Part shown: positions 16,917 to 25,504 of the stretch, piece after piece
Numbering within the stretch: the stretch's first letter is position 1
Layout of the letters: each line of letters opens with the position of its first letter
Origin: Candidatus Uhrbacteria bacterium
Lineage (GTDB): Bacteria; Patescibacteriota; Patescibacteriia; UBA9934
Length of the DNA stretch: 64,000 nt
Reading direction: 5' to 3'
NCBI GenBank assembly: GCA_963822405.1
Contig: CAWGHH010000002.1
Location: 23,569 to 87,568, forward strand
Notes under the pieces: generated by a model
Databases searched by the model: none
Told to the model about the DNA's origin: nothing
Seen by the model: only the letters and a program-made list of their open reading frames with translations
Made by a program: the position numbers and the translations under genes

Positions 16917-19397
16917 GTGAAAAACAGCATTCTATTGTTCGTGTTCCTGACCGCGTGCATTTTCCCCCATGAACCATTGGTGGATGCGGATGGGGACGGT
17001 TATTGGGATTTTGAGGACTGTAATGACTCGGATGCGTCGATTAACCCCGGCGCGGAAGACATTATGTGCGAGGAGGTTGATCGCAACTGTGACGAGAACG
17101 TGGCGTACCCGCGCAATAGCACGTTCACGGACGCTGATGGTGATGGATTCGGTGACCCCGAAGCCTACATCGATCCATGTGCTGCCGTTCAGGGGGTCGA
17201 CAACCGCGACGATTGCAACGACGCGGATCCGGAGATTCATCCCGAACTTGAAGATCCGGCCGACGGAGTCGACAACGACTGCGACGGTGAGGTTGACGAG
17301 GACGCAGTGGTCGACGAAGACCTGGACGACGACGGTTACGGTGTGGACGACTGTGACGACACGAACGCGGGCATCAATCCCGATGCGGAGGAAATCTGCG
17401 ACGGGGTCGACAACGACTGTAACGGTTTGGTTGACGATGACGATACCGGTGTGGCCAGTCAGGCCACTTGGTACGTTGACGTTGACCATGACGGTTACGG
17501 GACGAGCGTGTCAGTCCTGGCTTGTGAAGAGCTGTCTGGCTACTCGGCCGACAACGGGGATTGCAATGACGAGAATTCGGACATTCACCCCGGGGCTGAT
17601 GAGTGGGACTGCTTGGATGTCACGGACTACAACTGTGACGGTCAAACGGGTTACACCGACGCTGACCTGGACTGCAGTCCTGCCTGTGAGGACTGTAACG
17701 ACCAGGACAAGAATTCCTATCCCGGCGCGTCAGAGGTTTGTGATAACGCCGACAACGATTGCAACAACATCGTGGACGATCCTGGCACGGTCACTGGCCA
17801 GAGTCCGTTCTACGCAGACCTTGATCATGACAGCTACGGAGACTTGAACTCTTTTGTGCTGGCTTGTTCTGTGCCAAACGGGTACACGGGCGACTCGACC
17901 GACTGCGATGACGGGAAAACACTCGTGCATCCAGGCGGCGTAGAGGTGTGTGACTCGAACAGCGTAGACGAAGACTGTGACGGAACAGCGAACGACGCTG
18001 ATAGTTCCGTGACCGGTAAATCTACGTTCAATAAAGATGTGGACGGTGATGGGTACGGCGGAGTGCTGACCATCGCCGCGTGCGTTGCGCCTCCGGGTTA
18101 TGTTGCCTTGATTGGCGACTGTGATGACTCGAGCGTTGCGTATCACCCGGGTGCACCCGAAGCTAGTTGTACAGATTCGCATGATTACAACTGTGACGGC
18201 GTAACTGGATATGTTGATCAAGACGGAGACGGCTCTCCGGCTTGCGAAGACTGCAACGACAACAACCCCAGCATTCATACCGGCGCCACAGAATTGTGCA
18301 ACGGTGTGGATGATAACTGTAACGGAACCGTAGACGGTTCAACTGAGGCCACGAATACAAATACTTACTACTTGGACGCAGATGGTGACACGTTCGGGAA
18401 ACTGAGTGCGACCACTAAGGCTTGTTCGTTACCGTCTGGCTACTCGTCGAATTCAACGGACTGTGATGACTCGAAAGTTGGGGTTAATCCCTCAGCGGTC
18501 GAAGTCTGCAACAGTATCGACGACAACTGTAACGGCCTGGCGGACGACGCCGACCCTGGCGTAACTGGTCGCGCTACGTACTATCGTGATGCGGACGGGG
18601 ACACTTTCGGGAGTTCGTCGACTACCAAGCTTGGTTGCGTTCAGCCTCCCGGTTACGTAGTCAGTTCGACTGACTGCAACGACGTCGTCAGCGCAATCAA
18701 TCCGAGCGCAGTTGAAATCTGCGACGTGAAAGACAACGACTGCGACGGCTTCGTTGATGACCAAGACCCGTCCATCACCGGCCAGACCAAGTGGTACGTG
18801 GATACGGATGGTGACGGTTACGGGAATCCGAACTCGTCGAAGCTCGTCTGTTCGCAACCGGCTAACTACGTCGTCAGCTCGACGGACTGCGATGACGCAA
18901 AGTCGGCCGTCAATCCGAGCGCGGTTGAGATCTGCGACGGGATAGACAACAACTGCGTTGGCGGCATTGACGACGGTCTAGCTACCAGTATTTGGTACGC
19001 CGACGTAGATGGTGACGGTTATCGGAATGTGAGTTCGTCGGTCACGGCGTGCGCTCGGCCTGCGGGCTATGTAGCGTCAACCGCCGGAGCGGATTGCGAT
19101 GACACAAACTCGCACGCTCAGACTACGGTTGGACCGGAGGTTTGCGACGGCTTCGACAATAACTGCGATGGTAATATCGACGAAACGTTCGGGACGCAGC
19201 CTTGGTACCCGGATACGGACGGCGATATGTACGGCCTGTTGTCGGGCATGGTTCGTAGCTGTTACCAGCTGCCTGGCTACGTTGACAACAAGTACGACTG
19301 CGACGACACGCGCAGTTATGTCCATCCGTCAGCGCAGGAGCTGTGCAACGGGATTGATGACAACTGCAACGTAACCGTTGACGAGAACTGCATTTGA
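16917..19397 (+). CDS. lipoprotein with about 17 tandem MopE-like Cys/Asp-rich putative metal-binding repeats
   Basis: GTG start; lipobox LTAC. The unit ...DCDDxxxxxxPGAxExCDGxDNDCDGxxDD and WYxDxDGDGYG recurs about every 70 aa. About 12% Asp and 8% Cys. Confidence 0.7.
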   Translation: MKNSILLFVFLTACIFPHEPLVDADGDGYWDFEDCNDSDASINPGAEDIMCEEVDRNCDENVAYPRNSTFTDADGDGFGDPEAYIDPCAAVQGVDNRDDCNDADPEIHPELEDPADGVDNDCDGEVDEDAVVDEDLDDDGYGVDDCDDTNAGINPDAEEICDGVDNDCNGLVDDDDTGVASQATWYVDVDHDGYGTSVSVLACEELSGYSADNGDCNDENSDIHPGADEWDCLDVTDYNCDGQTGYTDADLDCSPACEDCNDQDKNSYPGASEVCDNADNDCNNIVDDPGTVTGQSPFYADLDHDSYGDLNSFVLACSVPNGYTGDSTDCDDGKTLVHPGGVEVCDSNSVDEDCDGTANDADSSVTGKSTFNKDVDGDGYGGVLTIAACVAPPGYVALIGDCDDSSVAYHPGAPEASCTDSHDYNCDGVTGYVDQDGDGSPACEDCNDNNPSIHTGATELCNGVDDNCNGTVDGSTEATNTNTYYLDADGDTFGKLSATTKACSLPSGYSSNSTDCDDSKVGVNPSAVEVCNSIDDNCNGLADDADPGVTGRATYYRDADGDTFGSSSTTKLGCVQPPGYVVSSTDCNDVVSAINPSAVEICDVKDNDCDGFVDDQDPSITGQTKWYVDTDGDGYGNPNSSKLVCSQPANYVVSSTDCDDAKSAVNPSAVEICDGIDNNCVGGIDDGLATSIWYADVDGDGYRNVSSSVTACARPAGYVASTAGADCDDTNSHAQTTVGPEVCDGFDNNCDGNIDETFGTQPWYPDTDGDMYGLLSGMVRSCYQLPGYVDNKYDCDDTRSYVHPSAQELCNGIDDNCNVTVDENCI

Positions 19398-19494
19398 CCT
19401 ACAGCCCCGCGTTTCATCCGCCCTTGCGCACAAGGGAGCTAGGATGGGACGTGGGGTTGCTCTTTTTCTCAGGTTTTTCTATACTTTCACCTAT

Positions 19495-20193
19495 ATGACC
19501 TTGTCTAGAACGCGTTTGATTATTGGCCTTGTAGCTGTAGTTGTTCTACTTTCTCTTGGTTACGGCGTTTTTCTGCTTTTTGGTCCTTCGGCTAAGTATA
19601 GAGGCTTAACTACACATATCCAGGTAGACATGGATGACTCTACGCGTGCATATGTCCAGAATCAGTTGAATACTGCTAAGGCATCACTCGCCGCCGCTAA
19701 AGCAAAAGGCGGGGAAATTGATTTGAACATGTATGACGCGGTTGCTAGCCAGGCATTTATTCTTGGTGATTTGGTCACCGCTCGTGAAGCGCTTGAAGCT
19801 GAGCTGAAGGGCAACCCAATAAACTACGGCGCCACAAATTCCTACGGCAACGTTCTGGAAAAAATGGGGGATTATGCTGGCGCTCGTCAGGCGTTTGAAA
19901 AATCCATTGAGCTTAGTGCCGGCCAAGGTCCAGAGAGTTTCTATATTAATTTGATCGAGCTTCTTGAGACTCGTTTCCCGGATGAAAAGGACACAGTCAA
20001 GACGATCCTTGAGGGTTACGTAGCCAAGCGCGGACAGACCGCTTGGTCCATGGTAAAGCTTGGCCGATGGTATGAGGCCGCTGGGGATTGTCAGCGTGCT
20101 ATTGATCATTTCTCGGTTGCCAAAACCCTGTCGCCAACTAACCAGAGCATTACGGACGAACTTCAAGCCTTGAAAGTGTCGTGCGTGAAGTAG
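19495..20193 (+). CDS. membrane-anchored tetratricopeptide-repeat protein
   Basis: N-terminal TM segment (LIIGLVAVVVLLSLGYGVFLLF), then TPR-like helical repeats (AYVQNQLNTAKA..., GDYAGARQAFEKSIEL). The ATG at 19495 is preferred over the upstream ORF start at 19378. Confidence 0.6.
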   Translation: MTLSRTRLIIGLVAVVVLLSLGYGVFLLFGPSAKYRGLTTHIQVDMDDSTRAYVQNQLNTAKASLAAAKAKGGEIDLNMYDAVASQAFILGDLVTAREALEAELKGNPINYGATNSYGNVLEKMGDYAGARQAFEKSIELSAGQGPESFYINLIELLETRFPDEKDTVKTILEGYVAKRGQTAWSMVKLGRWYEAAGDCQRAIDHFSVAKTLSPTNQSITDELQALKVSCVK

Positions 20194-20215
20194 GGTTCAG
20201 GTATACTGCTCTCAT

Positions 20216-22291
20216 ATGCGCTTTCCAGTGAAATTTCTCGCTGGCGCCGCTATGGGAGCGGTTTTTATTTCGCAAACATTTCCCTATGCGTTCGCCAGGA
20301 CTCCGAATGATCCTTTTTTTGTTAATCAATGGTATTTGCGGATGATTGGCATGGAAACCGCTTGGGATACGGCCACTGGCGATAGCTCGATGATTGTTGC
20401 TGTGCTTGATACAGGTGTAGACCTTGATCATCCTGATCTGGCCGGGAATCTTTGGAAAAATTCGAAAGAAATTCCAGGCAATAACATTGATGATGACAGG
20501 AACGGATATATTGATGACGTAGAGGGTTGGGATTTTGTCGACCATGACAACAACCCAGTCCCAAATGGAACTGTGGCAGACCCAAACTCTTCGTCGCTGG
20601 CGCTGTCTCACGGCACACTCATTGCTGGCATTATTGGCGCGGTTGCAGATAATAGCCTTGGTTACGCTGGCATAGATTGGCAGGTGAAAATTATGCCTCT
20701 TCGTATTTTGAATGAAGAAGGCGGTGGGGGAGAGGAAGGGGCAATAAACGCAATTCATTACGCGGTAAAAAACGGTGCCAAAGTTATTAATCTAAGTTTC
20801 GTTGGCAACGATTCGGCGCCAGCCTTGAGGCAAGCTGTGGCCGATGCGTATCACGCCGGTGTTGTGGTTGTAGCCGCGCTTGGAAATGACGCAAAAGATG
20901 TGAACTTGTCACCAGTTTATCCGGCTTGTTTTCGCTCAGCTACAGAAGATTGGGTGATCGGCGTTTCAGCTACTGATGAAAATGACGCGGAGACTGAATT
21001 CACAAACTTCGGCAACACATGTGCTGACTTGAGCGCGCCTGGAACAAATATTGAAGGACTAACTTTGAGTAACGGCAATGACGGTTTGACTAGCAATCAA
21101 ATTTCTTGGGACGGCACTTCAGCGGCCAGTCCAATGGTAGCTGGCGCAGCGGCCCTGATTCTTTCGGCCTTCCCAACGCTGTCAGTTGATCAGGTTCGAA
21201 CCGCGTTAAAACTATCGGTCGATCCAATTAAAGAAACCGTATCCGGCAAGGGCGCACTTGGCGTTGGCAGATTGAATGTTGGGCGAGCTTTGACTGTGGC
21301 TCAGGCAATTGCCGGCACGGTTCCGGTTATCCCAATAGTCGGCACGCCAACTCAGACTAAGCCTTCAACTGGTACAGTCGGCCTCACTGGTGACGCGTCA
21401 TATTCGTTTATTGCGCTTGGTGCACCGGCCGGCGAGGTACCGAATATTCGAGTGTTTAAGGCTGACGGTACGCCTTACGCTGAATTCTATGCTTTTGCGC
21501 CTACATTTCTTGGTGGCGTTCGGGTTACACTCGCCGATTTAGACGGTGATGGTACGCCGGAAGTTATTGCCTCAGCCGGGAAGGGCGGTGGTCCGCAGAT
21601 TCGAGTGTTTACTGCTACCGGTGCGCTTATCCGCTCATTCTTCGCTTTTGATGAGAAGTCGCGGCAGGGGGTTTCGGTGGCGCTTGGTGACGTAGACGGA
21701 GATTACAGTGACGATATCATTGCAGTAGTTGGCGCGGGGGTGAGTAACGACGCGGTTGTTTTTGGGCAAGACGGAAAGGAGAAGCTCCGGTTTCCGGTGT
21801 CCGGTTTCGTGCCCGGCACACCATTAACAGCCACCGTGGCTGACGTTGATGATGACTTTGATAAAGAAATAGTTTTTGCTGGTTTATCTGGTTCGCCACG
21901 CGTTGCGGTTTATGACAATAACGGCAAGCCACTTGTAGACTTCTTGGCTTACTCGTCAGATATGACCAGCGGTTTGTCACTCGCTGCCGGTGACTTTGAT
22001 GGTGATTCGCGAGACGAGATTGTGACTGCGCCTCACGCGCCAAATTCCGCAAACATCCGCATCTTTAATAAAATCGGGGCGCTTTGGGGACAATTCTCGG
22101 TGACCGATCAGACAACGTCGGGCACGGTCATTTCTGTTTCAGATATGGATGTGGACGGAAATCCCGATATTATCGTTGCGCCTCAGGCTGGTGCTGGCGA
22201 AGTTAGAATTTTTACCCCGCACGGTAGTATTATGGGGACACTTGGTTCTAAGCTTGTTGGATCAAAGGGAACTAATTTGGGCGCGTGGTAA
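20216..22291 (+). CDS. S8 family subtilisin-like serine peptidase with C-terminal FG-GAP/VCBS-like repeats
   Basis: Catalytic triad motifs VAVLDTGVD, HGTLIAGIIGA and GTSAASPMVAGAAALI. C-terminal DLDGDGTPEVI/DVDGDYSDDII/DFDGDSRDEIV repeats. Confidence 0.88.
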   Translation: MRFPVKFLAGAAMGAVFISQTFPYAFARTPNDPFFVNQWYLRMIGMETAWDTATGDSSMIVAVLDTGVDLDHPDLAGNLWKNSKEIPGNNIDDDRNGYIDDVEGWDFVDHDNNPVPNGTVADPNSSSLALSHGTLIAGIIGAVADNSLGYAGIDWQVKIMPLRILNEEGGGGEEGAINAIHYAVKNGAKVINLSFVGNDSAPALRQAVADAYHAGVVVVAALGNDAKDVNLSPVYPACFRSATEDWVIGVSATDENDAETEFTNFGNTCADLSAPGTNIEGLTLSNGNDGLTSNQISWDGTSAASPMVAGAAALILSAFPTLSVDQVRTALKLSVDPIKETVSGKGALGVGRLNVGRALTVAQAIAGTVPVIPIVGTPTQTKPSTGTVGLTGDASYSFIALGAPAGEVPNIRVFKADGTPYAEFYAFAPTFLGGVRVTLADLDGDGTPEVIASAGKGGGPQIRVFTATGALIRSFFAFDEKSRQGVSVALGDVDGDYSDDIIAVVGAGVSNDAVVFGQDGKEKLRFPVSGFVPGTPLTATVADVDDDFDKEIVFAGLSGSPRVAVYDNNGKPLVDFLAYSSDMTSGLSLAAGDFDGDSRDEIVTAPHAPNSANIRIFNKIGALWGQFSVTDQTTSGTVISVSDMDVDGNPDIIVAPQAGAGEVRIFTPHGSIMGTLGSKLVGSKGTNLGAW

Positions 22292-22300
22292 TTAAATAAT

Positions 22301-23317
22301 ATGAACAAGAAAAATATCTTGGTTACGGGTGGAGCCGGGTTTATTGGTTCATTTTTGTGCGACGCTTTGTTGAAGGAAGGTAATCACGTTATTTGCGTGG
22401 ATAATTTCTCTACCGGCCATGTTAGAAACATCGAATCATTACTTCGCAACCCAGATTTTCAGTTTTTGAAACTCGACATCTCTGTACCGTTTGATCTCGA
22501 ATCATTTCTAGAACTTGAACCGTTCAAGGTGAAGTTCCTGGGCATCCAGGAAATTTATCATCTTGCTTTGCCAACGGCCGTTAAGGGTTTTGAAAAATAT
22601 CGCATGGCTGCGTTACTCGCTAACTCCGTTGGCACGAAGAACGTTCTTGATCTGGCGGTGAAGTACAAGTCACGCGCTCTCCTCACCTCGTCAGCTACAG
22701 TTTACGGTGCTCGAGATGCGAGTATTACTTCTGGCATTGTCGAAACAGAAATGGGCGTTGTTGACCACCTTAATCCTCGCGCCTGTTTTAATGAGGGTAA
22801 GAAATTTGCTGAGACCATGTTCCAGACATATGCGGACGTGTATGACCTTGACTGTAAAATTGCCCGTATCTTCCGGACATATGGTCCGCGTATGCCTCTG
22901 TTCCAGGGTCATCAAATTCCTGATTTCATTTTGAATGTTCTGGAGGGCGTGCCGATTTCTATTATGGGCGACGAACATTCCACGACTACGTTGGCTTATG
23001 TCACGGATGTGGTAGATGGACTGACTCGTTTGATGCGCGCCGAGAAAGGAATTGGTCCAGTTAACCTTGGTAGTGACGTCGAAGTGAAGATTTCGGACGT
23101 CGCTAAGCAGATTATGGCGATTGCGGAGGGTGATGTAGCAATTGCTTATGAACCACAGGCTGCCCATATGGTGACTCTTGGTTTGCCAGCTCTCAACAAG
23201 GCCAGGGAGAAGCTCGGTTGGATTCCGCTTGTTCGGACAGAAGATGGTCTAAAGAAGGCCGTTGATTACGTTCGCGCTAATAAACTGCTTTTGACGAATG
23301 GCGGAAATGGCGGTTAG
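22301..23317 (+). CDS. NAD-dependent epimerase/dehydratase (UDP-glucuronate decarboxylase/UXS-like SDR)
   Basis: N-terminal GGAGFIGSFLCDALL Rossmann motif; extended SDR family; 338 aa. Confidence 0.8.
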   Translation: MNKKNILVTGGAGFIGSFLCDALLKEGNHVICVDNFSTGHVRNIESLLRNPDFQFLKLDISVPFDLESFLELEPFKVKFLGIQEIYHLALPTAVKGFEKYRMAALLANSVGTKNVLDLAVKYKSRALLTSSATVYGARDASITSGIVETEMGVVDHLNPRACFNEGKKFAETMFQTYADVYDLDCKIARIFRTYGPRMPLFQGHQIPDFILNVLEGVPISIMGDEHSTTTLAYVTDVVDGLTRLMRAEKGIGPVNLGSDVEVKISDVAKQIMAIAEGDVAIAYEPQAAHMVTLGLPALNKAREKLGWIPLVRTEDGLKKAVDYVRANKLLLTNGGNGG

Positions 23318-23327
23318 ATAGCGCTAT

Positions 23328-24005
23328 ATGCGCACCGTTGCGGTAATAGCTGGATATAACGAAGAGGCCCGGATTGCGGAAGCAATTAGGGACGCTTTGG
23401 TGTATGTGCCTTTAGTGGTTGTGGTCGACGATGGCAGTCGAGACAGAACCGGCGAAGTAGCCCTTAGTGCTGGGGCACACGTGCTCACTCACATTTTGAA
23501 CCGCGGACAAGGCGCGTCACTGCAGACTGGCATGGACTACGCCTTGCGAGTGTTAGAGGCTGATGTCATTGTTCACTTCGACGCTGATGGTCAAATGCGG
23601 GGGAGTGAGATTCCGATGATGGTCGAGCCGATTCTAACGGGCGAGGCTGACGTAGTGCTCGGTTCTAGGTTTCTTGGCCGTGAGGCGGAGAATATGCCTA
23701 CTATGCGTCGAGTGATGATTCGGTTGGGTGTTCTATTCACTCGCGGTCTTTCCGGAATTAAAGTGACGGACACGCATAACGGGTTTCGGGTGTTGTCGAG
23801 AAACGCCGCGTTAAAAATCCGCATCTCCCTTGATCGCATGGCGCACGCTTCAGAGATTCTCGACATTATCGTGAATAAGCGGTTGAAGTATGTCGAGCGT
23901 CCCGTGACCATTCGCTACAGTGAAGAGACTTTGAAGAAAGGGCAGTCAACGCTTAAGGCAATGGCTACAGCTAAAGATATTTTGAAAAAGAAACTTGTTG
24001 GCTAA
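23328..24005 (+). CDS. glycosyltransferase family 2 (polyprenol-phosphate sugar transferase-like)
   Basis: VVVDDGSRDRT and DADGQ motifs; 225 aa. Confidence 0.82.
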   Translation: MRTVAVIAGYNEEARIAEAIRDALVYVPLVVVVDDGSRDRTGEVALSAGAHVLTHILNRGQGASLQTGMDYALRVLEADVIVHFDADGQMRGSEIPMMVEPILTGEADVVLGSRFLGREAENMPTMRRVMIRLGVLFTRGLSGIKVTDTHNGFRVLSRNAALKIRISLDRMAHASEILDIIVNKRLKYVERPVTIRYSEETLKKGQSTLKAMATAKDILKKKLVG

Positions 24006-24339
24006 TATGATATTTCAAATTGCACTCGTAGTATTTGCAGCCTTCGCCATTTATAAAACTTGGATTCAATATTCAAAAAAAGAAGCGTCCAAATATTGGG
24101 CGATTGCTTTTTCGTGTTTGTGGCTGATAGTGATTGCCGTGGCCCTCGTTCCAAATTTGGCCAACGTGCTCGCGAACCTTGTCGGCATTGGTCGCGGTGC
24201 GGACGTGATTGTTTACTCGGCGATTGTAATTCTGACGTATACGGTTTATCGACTAATGTTGAAGCAACAGAAGTTGTCTGCGGAGATGACGGAACTTGTT
24301 CGCGCGGTAGCCATTGAGAAAGCCAAGAAAGCCAGTTGA
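23995..24339 (+). CDS. DUF2304-family small membrane protein
   Basis: Two TM segments plus a C-terminal amphipathic helix; its position directly after a GT2 gene is the usual context for DUF2304. Confidence 0.55.
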   Translation: MLANMIFQIALVVFAAFAIYKTWIQYSKKEASKYWAIAFSCLWLIVIAVALVPNLANVLANLVGIGRGADVIVYSAIVILTYTVYRLMLKQQKLSAEMTELVRAVAIEKAKKAS

Positions 24340-24351
24340 TCCTCCCCCCGA

Positions 24352-24374
24352 CCCCCTCCACTTCGTGGAGGGGG
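24352..24374. repeat. palindromic repeat family B, copy B5 (CCCCCTCCAC-TTC-GTGGAGGGGG), intergenic
   Basis: 10-bp perfect arms; the flanks 24341-24382 resemble copy B4. Lies between the DUF2304 stop and the GT4 ATG at 24392. Confidence 0.8.
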
Positions 24375-24391
24375 AGGAGCTCACCAATTCT

Positions 24392-25504
24392 ATGAAAATA
24401 GCTATTGTTACCCCTGTTTTCCCTCCTTATAAGGGTGGTATTGGGCATGTGGCCGAGGCACAGGCTAATTCTTTGAAGGCACTAGGACATGAGGTGGTTG
24501 TGTTTGCGCCGTCGACCATGAAGCCATGGTTTTCTTACGGTAATGCCTCCATAACTCCACAACTTCTTTCTAAACTTTATAACTTTGATCTCATTCACGT
24601 TCACTACCCGTGCTACGGAACGGACGTCTTCGCGGCACTCGCCTCGATCGTGCATAAAACGCCCCTTGTGCTCACGTATCACATGAAAGCGGTGACGAAT
24701 GATTGGCGCAATATAATTTTTACTTTACACCGTTGGTTCATTGAGCCGATAATTTTCAAGATCGCTAAAATAGTGTTTGTCAGTACGTTCGAATATGCCG
24801 AGGCTTCCGGTATTCAGCATCCTCATCTTGTCGAAATGCCCTTCGGCGTAGACGGCGCGCGCTTCGCACCCGGTCCGGGTGGCGCGACCTTCCCCCTTCC
24901 AGGGGGCTCGCCCGTAGGGCGGTCTACGCCCGAGGGACCAGAGGGGGTCGCAGGGGCGCGCCTCCTCTTCGTGGGTGGTCTCGACCGCGCACACGACTTC
25001 AAAGGCGTCGACGTTCTTCTCCGAGCCTTTGCCACGCTTCCAGCTTCGGCGAGTTTACTTATTGCCGGCGACGGTGATCTTCGACTATTCTACGAGAGTC
25101 TCGCGCGCGATCTTAAAATTGCGGATCGGGTACAATTTCTTGGTCGAGTTTCTGACGAGGACTTGCCGAACGTATATCGCTCAGCTGATGTTCATGTATT
25201 GCCGAGTATCAATGGTGGCGAGGCTTTTGGTTTAGTTACACTTGAAGCCGCTGCCTCGGGTTTGCCGTCAGTAGTTAGCGACTTGCCTGGGGTTAGAACG
25301 CTCGTCGTAAAGGGTCAGACTGGATACTTGGCCAAGCCTGGAGATATTGATGACTTAGCTTATCAACTGCAAAAACTAGTAGATCACCCAGAAGACGCCA
25401 TAATTATGGGGGCAGCGGCTAGAGTTAGGGTCATGGAAAGTTACGACAGCGGGGCTATTGCGCGCTCATTACTCCAGGCGTATAACGGGATTCTGAAGGT
25501 ATGA
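24392..25504 (+). CDS. glycosyltransferase family 4 with an in-frame palindromic-repeat insertion in the interdomain linker
   Basis: MKIAIVTPVFPPYKGGIG N-terminal GT4 motif and C-terminal E..E region (GEAFGLVTLEAAASGLP). The insert FPLPGGSPVGRSTPEGPEGVAGAR corresponds to repeat B2. ATG 24392 is preferred over the upstream ORF start at 24314. Confidence 0.78.
   Translation: MKIAIVTPVFPPYKGGIGHVAEAQANSLKALGHEVVVFAPSTMKPWFSYGNASITPQLLSKLYNFDLIHVHYPCYGTDVFAALASIVHKTPLVLTYHMKAVTNDWRNIIFTLHRWFIEPIIFKIAKIVFVSTFEYAEASGIQHPHLVEMPFGVDGARFAPGPGGATFPLPGGSPVGRSTPEGPEGVAGARLLFVGGLDRAHDFKGVDVLLRAFATLPASASLLIAGDGDLRLFYESLARDLKIADRVQFLGRVSDEDLPNVYRSADVHVLPSINGGEAFGLVTLEAAASGLPSVVSDLPGVRTLVVKGQTGYLAKPGDIDDLAYQLQKLVDHPEDAIIMGAAARVRVMESYDSGAIARSLLQAYNGILKV
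24892..24950. repeat. palindromic repeat family B, composite copy B2 (CCCCCTTCCAGGGGG...GCCCGTAGGGC...GAGGGGGTCG), inside the GT4 CDS
   Basis: Shares the CCCCCTTCCAGGGGG and AGAGGGGGTCG ends with B1/B3, with an extra internal hairpin. Confidence 0.75.

Noticed and set aside
16932-19374. Long ORFs on both strands inside the MopE-like gene (16932-17489 -, 16969-17847 +, 17730-18278 -, 18492-18857 -, 19099-19374 +)
   Set aside because: They are artefacts of the GAC/GAT/TGC-rich repeat DNA. They lack the repeat periodicity in protein space and sit inside a well-supported lipoprotein gene.
24314-24391. ORF-track start of the GT4 gene at 24314 (MRKPRKPVDPPPDPLHFVEGEEL...)
   Set aside because: That segment is the B5 palindromic repeat read in-frame. 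The conserved GT4 N-terminus MKIAIVTPVF begins at 24392.
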